Origin: an uncultured delta proteobacterium
Lineage (GTDB): Bacteria; Myxococcota_A; Polyangia; Polyangiales; Polyangiaceae
Assembly (NCBI GenBank): GCA_963841435.1
Contig: CAWJCS010000006.1
Coordinates: forward strand, 1,248,001 to 1,312,000
Direction of reading: 5' to 3'
Length of the DNA: 64,000 nt
In this document: positions 63,919-64,000 of the stretch, piece by piece
How the letters are laid out: each line of letters starts with the position of its first letter
Position numbering within the stretch: the first letter of the stretch is position 1
The notes under the pieces: model-generated
Database searches by the model: none
Told to the model about the DNA's origin: nothing
Seen by the model: only the letters and a program-made list of their open reading frames with translations
Made by a program: the position numbers and the translations under genes

Positions 63919-64000
63919 CGACAACGCTTGGGGTCGTGGGGGAAACTACTGGTTTGACCCGAAGAAGCCGGCGGGTAAGTTCCGGGGCCTTCCATGCAGG

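Noticed and set aside
63430-64000. oriC next to parAB
   Set aside because: No DnaA boxes (TTATCCACA), DnaA-trio array or extended AT-rich unwinding element is visible.

Overview
This is a very GC-rich chromosomal window, most likely from a myxobacterium (Myxococcota, probably Polyangiaceae). That call is an inference from a MYXO-CTERM-like tail, a Hanks-type kinase, a DUF4388-like regulator and Gly/Cys-rich lipoproteins. Housekeeping genes include the 3' end of lon, hom, murI, pyrB, purH, bioB, glnD, parA-parB and tRNA-Phe. A ~16.5 kb trehalose/glycogen block encodes a Ca-loop trehalase lipoprotein, a GH116-like hydrolase, a pentapeptide-repeat::GlgX fusion, TreY, TreZ, a ceruloplasmin-like copper oxidase and TreS-Mak. 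The most notable unexplained signals are: (1) recurrent CGAC>CAAC (GTCG>GTTG) changes that put Asn at conserved Asp positions in many genes and coincide with frameshifts, most likely the footprint of a DNA modification (base-calling error or deamination); (2) a RAYT-family HUH nuclease between two ~21-bp tandem arrays that resemble the stop-codon ends of its neighbours; (3) a composite 48-bp x5 plus 100-bp x3.6 palindrome-rich array next to parB whose units share a 9-bp junction; (4) an orphan ParA with two TRASH-like Cys domains coupled to a small RHH-like partner; (5) a candidate ~140-nt structured RNA divergent from a MerR-like gene; (6) an unannotated 59-aa acidic ORF with operator-like inverted repeats. 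No CRISPR array, prophage, integrase or rRNA was seen. All calls come from reading motifs by eye; no database searches were run.
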